Below are positions 44,667-54,472 of a stretch of DNA of 61,052 nucleotides, in pieces. The position numbers were made by a program, and so were the translations under genes. The notes beneath the pieces were generated by a model. The model saw only the letters and a list, made by a program, of their open reading frames with translations. It was not told the origin of the DNA and did not search any database. This DNA comes from Bacteroidota bacterium (lineage in GTDB: Bacteria > Bacteroidota > Rhodothermia > Rhodothermales > JAAAOL01): contig JAAAOL010000315.1 of NCBI GenBank assembly GCA_009908885.1, forward strand, positions 1-61,052, read 5' to 3'. Positions within the stretch are counted from its first letter, which is position 1. Every line of letters begins with the position of its first letter.

Positions 44667-45764
44667 ATGTCTGAGGCACCATCTCCCTCGTCTGGTCAGC
44701 GCTTTGCGCACGACCTGCATCGCATCCGGGAGGATCGGGACGTCTCACTGGAGGAGTTGCACGAGGAGACCAAGATTCCGCTCGGGCTGCTGGAGCAGTT
44801 CGAGGCGTCGGGCCTGTTCGATCATCCGATGTTCAACCGGGTCTATCTGCGTTCACTGGTTCGCACGTACGCCCGGAAGGTGGGTCTGCCCATCGACATG
44901 GCGCTCGACATGCTCGATCACGCCCTGTCCGGCGACTATGCCGGCGAACTGGCGGCAGAATACTTCGGGGAGTCCGTCGAGACGACGGCTACTTCCGCCA
45001 GCGAGGAGGCGACCGCGCCGCCCGATGACGACGAAGCGTCCGCCGCCCCGGCGGCCTCAGAGGACGAGGACGCCCCGCCGGAGGAAGGCAAGGCTGTGAC
45101 GGAAGCGGGCGAGCCGCCTGCTGCCCGAAAAACGCCCCCCATGGCGCGCACGGTGGACGACGTCGCAGCCTCGCCCGGCGACCCCAAACCCCCGCCTGCG
45201 CCCGTCAGGACGCCCCACAGCGGCATCCGTCGCCAGTGGATCATCGGCGGGGCCGTCATTATGCTGCTCATCGCCCTCATCGTCGCGATCGTGATGATGA
45301 GCGGAGACGAGGATTCGCGCCAGGACGCGTCGTCCGCGCCTGCTGACGATACCGTGACCACGTCGGCGCAGGAGGCGGTGCCGCTGGATGCCCCCACACT
45401 GCCCCGTACCGAGGCAACCGTCGGCGACACGCTCGATGTGCTCGTGGTGGCTGCCGACGAGCCCATCCAGGGCATTCGCATCACGCGCGACGGGGATGTG
45501 CGTCGCCCGTACTGGATCGAGCAGGGCGAGGCCTTATTCGTGCCAGTTCGTCAACGCATCGTCATCGAACGAGGTCTCGACGCAATCGCCTTGTACGTGG
45601 AAGGGTATCCCTATCCCGTGGCCGAGCGGGCGGAGGACGACGCGGACCGACTCGTCATCACCCGGAAGGACGCGGAGGCCTTTCTGGAACGGCAGAGTGG
45701 GTCTCCCAGCCTCCCCGAGGTGCCCACCGATACCGTTGCCATGCCGCCCAGCGCTTCTCCCTGA
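44667..45764 (+). CDS. RodZ-like cytoskeleton protein (N-terminal HTH, TM segment, DUF4115-like C-terminus)
   Basis: The XRE-like HTH HDLHRIREDRDVSLEELHEETKIPLGLLEQFE is followed by an acidic/Pro linker. Then come the TM segment WIIGGAVIMLLIALIVAIVMM and a beta-rich C-terminal domain. Confidence 0.6.
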   Translation: MSEAPSPSSGQRFAHDLHRIREDRDVSLEELHEETKIPLGLLEQFEASGLFDHPMFNRVYLRSLVRTYARKVGLPIDMALDMLDHALSGDYAGELAAEYFGESVETTATSASEEATAPPDDDEASAAPAASEDEDAPPEEGKAVTEAGEPPAARKTPPMARTVDDVAASPGDPKPPPAPVRTPHSGIRRQWIIGGAVIMLLIALIVAIVMMSGDEDSRQDASSAPADDTVTTSAQEAVPLDAPTLPRTEATVGDTLDVLVVAADEPIQGIRITRDGDVRRPYWIEQGEALFVPVRQRIVIERGLDAIALYVEGYPYPVAERAEDDADRLVITRKDAEAFLERQSGSPSLPEVPTDTVAMPPSASP

Positions 45765-47966
<2,202 letters not shown>

Positions 47967-48032
47967 CGCGCACGCGGCCTCCACGGCCATCGCCTGTTAC
48001 CATCCCTCTCATTGCCCAACGCCGGGCTGCCC

Positions 48033-49580
48033 ATGCTTACGACGCTCGATTACGCCGTTATTGCAATATATCTGATCGGCGTGGCTGCCTTCGGCATCAT
48101 CGCGGGCGGGCGGCAGAAAGACACGACGGATTACTTTCTCGGCGGGCGAGATCTGCCGTGGTGGGCCGTCTGCTTCTCCGTCGTGGCGACGGAAACGAGC
48201 ACCCTCACGGTCATCGGCATCCCCGCCGTGGCCTACCTCGGCTCACTCACGTTTCTGCAGCTCACCTTCGGCTACCTCCTCGGGCGCATCGCGGTGAGTG
48301 TGGTGATGCTCCCTCGGTACTTCGAGGGAGAGCTCACGACGGCCTACGCCTTTCTGGGCGAGCGCTTTGGCGACCGGATGCGGGGTGCGGCGTCGCTTAC
48401 CTTCCTCGGCACCCGCCTGCTCGCCGATGGCGTGCGCCTCTTCGCGACGGCCATCCCGCTGCGCGTCATCGCGGATGCGGCCGGGCTCTCGTTCACCTAC
48501 GTAGAAATCATCGCGGCGATCGGCATCATCACGATCATCTATACGCTCATCGGCGGCATCAAGGCGGTCGTGTGGATGGACGTCGTCCAGATGCTGATTT
48601 ACCTCGGCGGTGCGGTCTGGGCCATCGTCGTGTTGCTCGGAGCCGTGCCCGATGGCAGCTGGGCGGAGGCCGTGGCCGCCGGGAAGACGCAGGTGCTGGA
48701 CCTGGGCGCCGGGGAGTCGCTCTCGCAGTGGCTCACGCAGCCGTACGCGTTCATCACCGCCGTGCTGGGCGGCGCCATCTTCTCGATGGCCTCGCACGGG
48801 ACGGACCAGCTCATCGTCCAGCGCATCCTGACGACGCGCACCCTGCGGGACGGTCAGAAAGCGCTCATCGGCAGCGGCGTGCTCGTGATGGTGCAGTTTG
48901 CCCTGTTTCTGGTGGTCGGCCTGCTCCTGTGGATGCACTACGATGGGGCGACGCTGGAGGCCCTCGGCCTGACGCGGGGCGACGAGCTGTTTCCGAAGTT
49001 CATCATCGAAGGGTTGCCCGCAGGGGTCTCGGGGCTGGTGCTGGCTGGCATCGTGGCGGCGGCGATGAGTACGCTCTCGTCGTCGCTCAACTCGCTGGCG
49101 TCCTCGTCCATGCTGGACCTGTACGAGCGCTGGCGCGGCGAGGCGGTGCCGCAGGGAACAGCACTCACCGTCTCGCGCGGACTCACCCTGTTCTGGGGCA
49201 TCATCCTGATCGGCTTCGCCAGCCTGTTTCGGTCGCAAGAAAACCCGGTGGTCGAGTTGGGACTCGCCATCGCCTCGTTTACCTACGGCGGGCTGCTCGG
49301 CGCTTTCGTTCTCGGCCTCGTCAACCGTCGCATCGGGCAGACGGCGGCGCTCGTCAGCTTCCTGGGCACCATTGCCGCCATGGTCGTGATTATCCTGGGC
49401 GTCTGGTACAGTCCCGTGGAGGGCTGGATGTTCGCCTTTCAGCCCGATCCGGCCCAGGTCGAAGCGCTCGACATGCGCCCGATCGGATGGCCGTGGTACA
49501 CGGTGATCGGCGTGGTGCTTACCTTGTGCGTCGGATCAATCCTAAGCCTGCGGCATAGGCACCGACACCCGGCAACGTAA
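48033..49580 (+). CDS. sodium:solute symporter (SSF) family transporter
   Basis: MLTTLDYAVIAIYLIGVAAFGI...GGRDLPWWAV...about 13 TM helices. The ATG at 48033 is preferred to the TTG at 48012. Confidence 0.85.
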   Translation: MLTTLDYAVIAIYLIGVAAFGIIAGGRQKDTTDYFLGGRDLPWWAVCFSVVATETSTLTVIGIPAVAYLGSLTFLQLTFGYLLGRIAVSVVMLPRYFEGELTTAYAFLGERFGDRMRGAASLTFLGTRLLADGVRLFATAIPLRVIADAAGLSFTYVEIIAAIGIITIIYTLIGGIKAVVWMDVVQMLIYLGGAVWAIVVLLGAVPDGSWAEAVAAGKTQVLDLGAGESLSQWLTQPYAFITAVLGGAIFSMASHGTDQLIVQRILTTRTLRDGQKALIGSGVLVMVQFALFLVVGLLLWMHYDGATLEALGLTRGDELFPKFIIEGLPAGVSGLVLAGIVAAAMSTLSSSLNSLASSSMLDLYERWRGEAVPQGTALTVSRGLTLFWGIILIGFASLFRSQENPVVELGLAIASFTYGGLLGAFVLGLVNRRIGQTAALVSFLGTIAAMVVIILGVWYSPVEGWMFAFQPDPAQVEALDMRPIGWPWYTVIGVVLTLCVGSILSLRHRHRHPAT

Positions 49581-49663
49581 CGGACTGTCACTTCTGGCGG
49601 GCGGCGATGCGGTCGTCATCGCAACTCCCGTCCCACCATACCGGCTTCACTATCTGAGACGTC

Positions 49664-52408
49664 ATGGGCCTTTTCGACGCATTCAGTCGGAGCCGGGGGC
49701 GTGCCCGTCCCGTCGGTCAAAATCTGGAGCGCGGCACGCAGGACGAGCACAAGCAGCGCCGCCGCAACCGCCTCGTCAAGGGCAGCATCCTGGCGCTCCT
49801 GGTGGTGCTGACGGTGCTGGCATTTCCGCGCAGCGACTTCTTCCAGTACACGGTTCAGGTCGGCGACGACTGGCGGCAGGAGACCTTGCGCGCTCCCTTC
49901 GAGTTCGCCATCTACAAGAGCGAGGAGACGCTGCAGGAGGAGCGGCAGGCCGTTCGGGAGACGGTGCCGCCGTTCTTCCGCGACGTGCCGGACGCACAGA
50001 GCCGCCTCACGGCCAACCGTGACACGGTGGAGCAGCAGCTCGACCGCGTCTTCCAGGCGTACGAGGACTATCTGCGCAACCAATCGCGCGGCCGCACCGA
50101 TCAGGCCATCGAAGACTCGCTGCGCTACATGCAGCTGCGCCGGACGGCCTGGCCCAAGTTGAACGCGGAGCAGTGGCAGCGGCTGCTGATGGATTACGTG
50201 GAGCGTGTGCCCGGACTCACGTCCCGCTCCCGCACGGTGCCCGACGACACGCCCCTCGTGGATCAGCTGTTGCAGGATGCGTGGGAGTACGGCTCCCTCA
50301 TCATCCGGCAGGGCGTCCTCGACGTGCCGCGCGACACGATCCAGGCCGAGGAGATCATCGTCCGCAACCAGCGTGAACTCACCGAGCGGCGCGTACAGAA
50401 AGACAACGTCTACGGGCAGAACGAGGTCTATACCGCCGCGCAGGACTACTTCAGCCGGGAGTACCCGGACCAGCCCCAGCTGGTCAACCTGGCCACGTCG
50501 TTTCTGCGCTCCATCTTCGTCTCGTCGCTCGAATACATGAAAGGCGAGAGCATGGAAGCCTGGCAGCGGGCGGCCAATGGCATCTCGCCCACGCGGGGCA
50601 AGGTGGCCCGGGGTGACGTCATCGTCCGGCAGGGCCAGACTGTCACGCCGGAGATCAAGCGTAGGCTGACGTCGCTCGAACGCGTCCAGGAAGAACGCAG
50701 CGGCCCGTCCATCCTCTGGAAGCGCACTACGGGCCAGCTCCTGTTGACGCTGGCCACGTACCTGATCTTCTTCCTGTACCTCTTCGTCCTACGGCGCAAC
50801 GTCTTTACCGACAACAGCCGCATCCTGCTGATCGCCATCCTCTTCGGCATCATCATCGGCCTGTTTGCCGTTGGGGTGCGGTTGCCGGGGCAGGCCATCT
50901 ACGCCGTGCCGGTCGCCATCGTGTCGGTCGTGCTCACCGTCATGTTCGACTCGCGGATCGGCCTGTTCGGGACGCTCACGCTGGCCATCATCGCCGGCCT
51001 GCTCCTCGGCTACAACTTCGAGTTCACCATCGCCACCCTCTTCGCGGGCACGCTGGGCGTCTTCAGCGTGCGGGACATCAAAAACCGGGGGCAGTTCTTC
51101 CTCAGCGCGGGCATCGTGTTCGTCGGGTATCTGTTCATCCTGGGCGCCTCGTGGCTCCTGCTGAACCGCGTACCGCCGTCGTTCGGCAGTCAGATTCTGA
51201 TGGTGGGCATCAACTCGTTCCTGCTGATTCTGGCGTATCCGCTGCTGTGGGTCTTCGAGCGGGCCTTCGACATCACGACGGATCTGACGCTGCTCGAACT
51301 TTCAGACACGAACCGGCCGCTGCTCAAAGAGCTCAGCCTGCGCGCCCCGGGCACTTTCAACCACTCGCTCCAGGTGGCAAACCTGGCAGAGGCCGCCGCC
51401 GCCGCCATCGGGGCCAACGCGCTGCTCACGCGGGTCGGTGCGCTCTACCACGACATCGGCAAGATGCTGAAGCCGGAATATTTCGTCGAAAACCAGCGCC
51501 CGGGCGACAATCCACACGACCAGCTCAAGCCGCGCATGAGCGCCCTGATCATCGCGAGCCACGTAAAGGAAGGGCTCGAAATGGGGCGGCAGTATACCCT
51601 GCCGAAGCGGGTGCTGGACTTCATCCCGATGCACCACGGGACGACGCGCATCGAGTATTTCTACCGCAAGGCCGTCGATGATCGGTCGGAGGGAGCTCCG
51701 GAGATCCTGGAGTCCGAGTTCCGGTATCCGGGACCGCGCCCCAACTCGAAAGAGACGGGCATCCTGATGCTGTCGGACGGCGTGGAAGCGGCCAGCCGCA
51801 GCCTCTCGGAGCCGACGCACAAGCGGCTGGAGACGCTGATCGACATGATCGTGAAGGCGCGTATCGAGGATGGGCAGCTGGACGACACCGACCTGACGTT
51901 CCGGGATCTGACGCAGATCAAGCAGACCTTCCTGTCGCTGCTGCTGGGCATCTACCACGTGCGCGTCCGCTATCCCGATCAGGACGCAGAAGACGAGGGG
52001 CCGCCGGAGACGAAGCCCGAGCAACGGGCATCGCAACAGGAGAAGCCTGAACGCGCCGAGGATGGAGACCTCGACGAGCCCGAAGGTCACGTGCCTGCGT
52101 CCATCGAGGCGCTGCGGGAGCAAGGCCTGGTAGGCATCCCGGAGCACAGCATCGCGAGTCCCTCCCCAGCGGACGAAGCGGGCGAGGCTGATCAGGACGA
52201 TTCTGAGGCTGAACCGCCGGACGCCGAGCGTGTGGATGGCCGGAAAACGTCGGACGCAACGCCCCCTGCAGCGACGGACGCCGACAACGCGCCGACCGAC
52301 GGCGCTCGGGATGAGCCATCCACGACCGAGGGTGCCGAGCGCAACGGCGCTGACAAGTCGGAGCAGCCTGACGCCAAATCCGACCGGCGCGACGAAAAGG
52401 ACCAGTAA
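49664..52408 (+). CDS. 7TM-receptor/HD-domain phosphohydrolase (PgpH/YqfF-like HDIG protein) with acidic C-terminal tail
   Basis: Extracellular N-domain, 7 TM helices, then an HD domain with GALYHDIGKMLKPEYFVENQ and IPMHHGTTRIEYF. A ~145-aa D/E/P-rich tail follows. Confidence 0.85.
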   Translation: MGLFDAFSRSRGRARPVGQNLERGTQDEHKQRRRNRLVKGSILALLVVLTVLAFPRSDFFQYTVQVGDDWRQETLRAPFEFAIYKSEETLQEERQAVRETVPPFFRDVPDAQSRLTANRDTVEQQLDRVFQAYEDYLRNQSRGRTDQAIEDSLRYMQLRRTAWPKLNAEQWQRLLMDYVERVPGLTSRSRTVPDDTPLVDQLLQDAWEYGSLIIRQGVLDVPRDTIQAEEIIVRNQRELTERRVQKDNVYGQNEVYTAAQDYFSREYPDQPQLVNLATSFLRSIFVSSLEYMKGESMEAWQRAANGISPTRGKVARGDVIVRQGQTVTPEIKRRLTSLERVQEERSGPSILWKRTTGQLLLTLATYLIFFLYLFVLRRNVFTDNSRILLIAILFGIIIGLFAVGVRLPGQAIYAVPVAIVSVVLTVMFDSRIGLFGTLTLAIIAGLLLGYNFEFTIATLFAGTLGVFSVRDIKNRGQFFLSAGIVFVGYLFILGASWLLLNRVPPSFGSQILMVGINSFLLILAYPLLWVFERAFDITTDLTLLELSDTNRPLLKELSLRAPGTFNHSLQVANLAEAAAAAIGANALLTRVGALYHDIGKMLKPEYFVENQRPGDNPHDQLKPRMSALIIASHVKEGLEMGRQYTLPKRVLDFIPMHHGTTRIEYFYRKAVDDRSEGAPEILESEFRYPGPRPNSKETGILMLSDGVEAASRSLSEPTHKRLETLIDMIVKARIEDGQLDDTDLTFRDLTQIKQTFLSLLLGIYHVRVRYPDQDAEDEGPPETKPEQRASQQEKPERAEDGDLDEPEGHVPASIEALREQGLVGIPEHSIASPSPADEAGEADQDDSEAEPPDAERVDGRKTSDATPPAATDADNAPTDGARDEPSTTEGAERNGADKSEQPDAKSDRRDEKDQ

Positions 52409-52481
52409 TACCAACTCCGGGTAATGAGTTGGTGTATGGAGGTTTGAAAGTGTGAAAGGTTGGAGGAGCGTCACGTCCATA

Positions 52482-52507
52482 CGTCCATACCTACGCACTT
52501 CCACCCC
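52482..52507. repeat. CGTCCA-N10-CTTCCACCCC motif, copy 2 (preceded by a tandem ACGTCCAT ACGTCCAT)
   Basis: Both half-sites and the 10-nt spacing are identical to 29516-29541. The tandem octamer is at 52473-52488. Confidence 0.5.
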
Positions 52508-52561
52508 CCAAATCCGGCTTCGCGGGGCTACGTCATACCACAATGGTTCAGCCGGATTTGG
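52508..52561. repeat. 12-bp perfect inverted repeat (hairpin with 30-nt loop)
   Basis: CCAAATCCGGCT (52508-52519) pairs with AGCCGGATTTGG (52550-52561). Confidence 0.8.
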
Positions 52562-52622
52562 TATAATACCCCGGGTTGTGGAGTAAAGCTGAATCAGCGT
52601 GTTGGTGTCCGAATCCTGGTGT

Positions 52623-52744
52623 CGTACGTCGTGATGCGTGGTGCGTGATGGGCATAGGCTATCGCTCCAGCAGCTCCTTATCACGCATCACGCAATACGC
52701 ATTACGTTCTCAGCGACACGGACCACGCCCGGCGAAAACGGTAT
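52623..52744. repeat. Intergenic repeat family, short copy B (4 x CGTNNTG, 28-nt spacer, 4 x CANNACG, tail)
   Basis: The left array is CGTACGT CGTGATG CGTGGTG CGTGATG (52623-52650). The right array is TATCACG CATCACG CAATACG CATTACG (52679-52706). The signature strings are GCGTGATGGGCA (52643-52654), TCACGCATCACG (52681-52692) and GCGAAAACGGTAT (52732-52744), all shared with copy A. Confidence 0.65.
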
Positions 52745-52765
52745 AAGCCCTCCCTCACGCCGCGT

Positions 52766-53686
52766 TCAGCTCGGCAAAAACTCGCGCAGCCGTGCGATGG
52801 ACTCCTTGATGACGGCCTCAGCGACCTCCGCGTGCTTGTGGTCGGTGTCGAGGAGTGGGAGCAGGCGGGGACGGCAGGCCGGCGTGTAGAGCAGGATGTC
52901 GGATTGTTCGACGAAGGACCCCAGCTTGGGGCGGCCCGCGTGGATGGAGGTGGCCATCATCTGGCCGGAGAACGACGTCTGACGGCGAATGGCTTGTGTG
53001 AGCGGTTGGATAGCGTCCGGGTACTGCGTGACGAGGCCGAGCGTCTGGCTGGGCAACAGGTGAGCGATGGCATCCAGGACCTCGGGCGGGAGGGAGGTGA
53101 TGACTCCGAGCGCATCAGCACGGGGCACGTCGGACCGTACGGCTTCCAGATCCGGGTAGGGGGTCAGCAGGAAATCGGCATCCCGGTGGCGGTCGAGTTC
53201 ATCTAGCGTCGCCGCGGTGATGGTCTGATGCAGCGTCGTGGTCAGCTGCTGGGCGACCTGTTCCGCCAGCTCGCGATAGCGCGCCGCGAAGACGACTTTC
53301 GGACCGGCCGCCTGCGTGGAGAGGGCAGAGAACTGCTCCTGAAACAGGTACTCGATCTCGGTCTCGCGCAGGCCGAGGGCAATCAGCCGCTGCAGCGCCT
53401 CCCGGACCACGGCGGCGCCGCGCTCGATGCGTTCGCCCTTGCCGAGGGGCGTCCGCTCCCGCACGATATAGCCCCGCCCGACCTGCGCCTCCAGCAGCCC
53501 TTCACGCTCCAGCTGCTGATACGCCTTGCGGATAGTGTGGAACGAGACGCCGACTTCCTTTGCTAGGGAGCGGGTCGAGGGCAGGGTGTCGTCCACCGCA
53601 AACCGCCCGCTTGCGATCTGGTAGCGCAACTGCTCTGTGAGCTGCTCGTGTACCGGCGTACTCGATTCCCGGTCGACCTGGATCAT
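52766..53686 (-). CDS. GntR-family transcriptional regulator with a periplasmic-binding-protein-like C-terminal domain
   Basis: Winged HTH VHEQLTEQLRYQIASGRFAVDDTLPSTRSLAKEVGVSFHTIRKAYQQLEREGLL. The ATG at 53686 is preferred to the TTG at 53695. Confidence 0.8.
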   Translation of the reverse strand: MIQVDRESSTPVHEQLTEQLRYQIASGRFAVDDTLPSTRSLAKEVGVSFHTIRKAYQQLEREGLLEAQVGRGYIVRERTPLGKGERIERGAAVVREALQRLIALGLRETEIEYLFQEQFSALSTQAAGPKVVFAARYRELAEQVAQQLTTTLHQTITAATLDELDRHRDADFLLTPYPDLEAVRSDVPRADALGVITSLPPEVLDAIAHLLPSQTLGLVTQYPDAIQPLTQAIRRQTSFSGQMMATSIHAGRPKLGSFVEQSDILLYTPACRPRLLPLLDTDHKHAEVAEAVIKESIARLREFLPS

Positions 53687-53687
53687 C

Positions 53688-53888
53688 TCAGTCAAAGTCC
53701 GAGCAGCTCATGAAATAATGGCACCGTGGGCACCGGTACTTGCAGCCCCTGTTGTGCAGGCGCGCGCCGCAGTTGGGGCAGTAGTCCCAGTAGTTCTGGG
53801 GCGTCTCCTGCTTGCTCCCTGAGGGCTCGGAGGCAGTTCGCGGCGGTGGGGACGTCGTGGACGTACGGGCGGGCATGTCCTCGGGCAT
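53688..53888 (-). CDS. small zinc-ribbon protein
   Basis: 66 aa. The N-terminal half looks disordered, followed by CPNCGARLHNRGCKYRCPRCHYFMSC (two CxxC pairs). Its stop lies 1 nt before the GntR ATG. Confidence 0.5.
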   Translation of the reverse strand: MPEDMPARTSTTSPPPRTASEPSGSKQETPQNYWDYCPNCGARLHNRGCKYRCPRCHYFMSCSDFD

Positions 53889-53932
53889 GGCGCTGTGGGG
53901 AGCGGATTGGTGCGGCGGTGGAATGAGATGGC

Positions 53933-54424
53933 TCAGGAGGAGACCTGGTAGGTCACCGTCTGGGGCTGGCGGGCAGCACGGAGGGCTTCCAGCAAGACGT
54001 CGGCGTTGGGCCAGTGGCGGCGTGGGAGCTCGTACGTAGCGTCGCCCAGGGCCAGCACCAGGGTGGACGCCCCCGTGCGCAGCTCATAGATCGGCTGCCA
54101 GTCAGGCGACGCCGTCGGGGCGCGGAGCACTTGACTCACCGTCCGCACCGCAGCCGCGCCGGAACGCACGTGTACCTCCGCGATCGTCCCAAAGAGCTGG
54201 AAGAGCGTCCAGGCCATCGCCAGCGCGAGCGCCAGCGGAAACCCGACCGTCAGAAACGGCAACACGGCGAATCCTTCCAGCACGGCGATCAGCGCCCCGA
54301 CCATGACGGGCAGCATGCAGATGGCGATGGGCTGCACCAGGGTCGATGCCACCACCCAGGCCCGATCGTTCGACCCCGGGTGGTGGCGGCTCCGGAAAAC
54401 ATGATGCGGCGCGGTGGTCGTCAT
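53933..54424 (-). CDS. hypothetical membrane protein (two TM hairpins plus a soluble C-terminal domain)
   Basis: 163-aa ORF co-directional with the zinc-ribbon/GntR pair. No family recognised. Confidence 0.5.
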   Translation of the reverse strand: MTTTAPHHVFRSRHHPGSNDRAWVVASTLVQPIAICMLPVMVGALIAVLEGFAVLPFLTVGFPLALALAMAWTLFQLFGTIAEVHVRSGAAAVRTVSQVLRAPTASPDWQPIYELRTGASTLVLALGDATYELPRRHWPNADVLLEALRAARQPQTVTYQVSS

Positions 54425-54472
54425 GCGATGGACCCCGACGGATAGGTGCGATGCCTGCTCTGGACTCAGGTG

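Noticed and set aside
48158-49558. 466-aa alternative-frame ORF inside the sodium:solute symporter gene (same strand), and the antisense 48243..49238
   Set aside because: The translation is Arg/Gly/Pro/His-rich with no TM helices. The +0 frame gives a canonical 13-TM SSF transporter.
51302-52684. 460-aa minus-strand ORF running from the repeat-rich spacer into the PgpH-like gene
   Set aside because: It is antisense to the conserved HD domain and its 5' part reads through the non-coding repeats. No motif is present.
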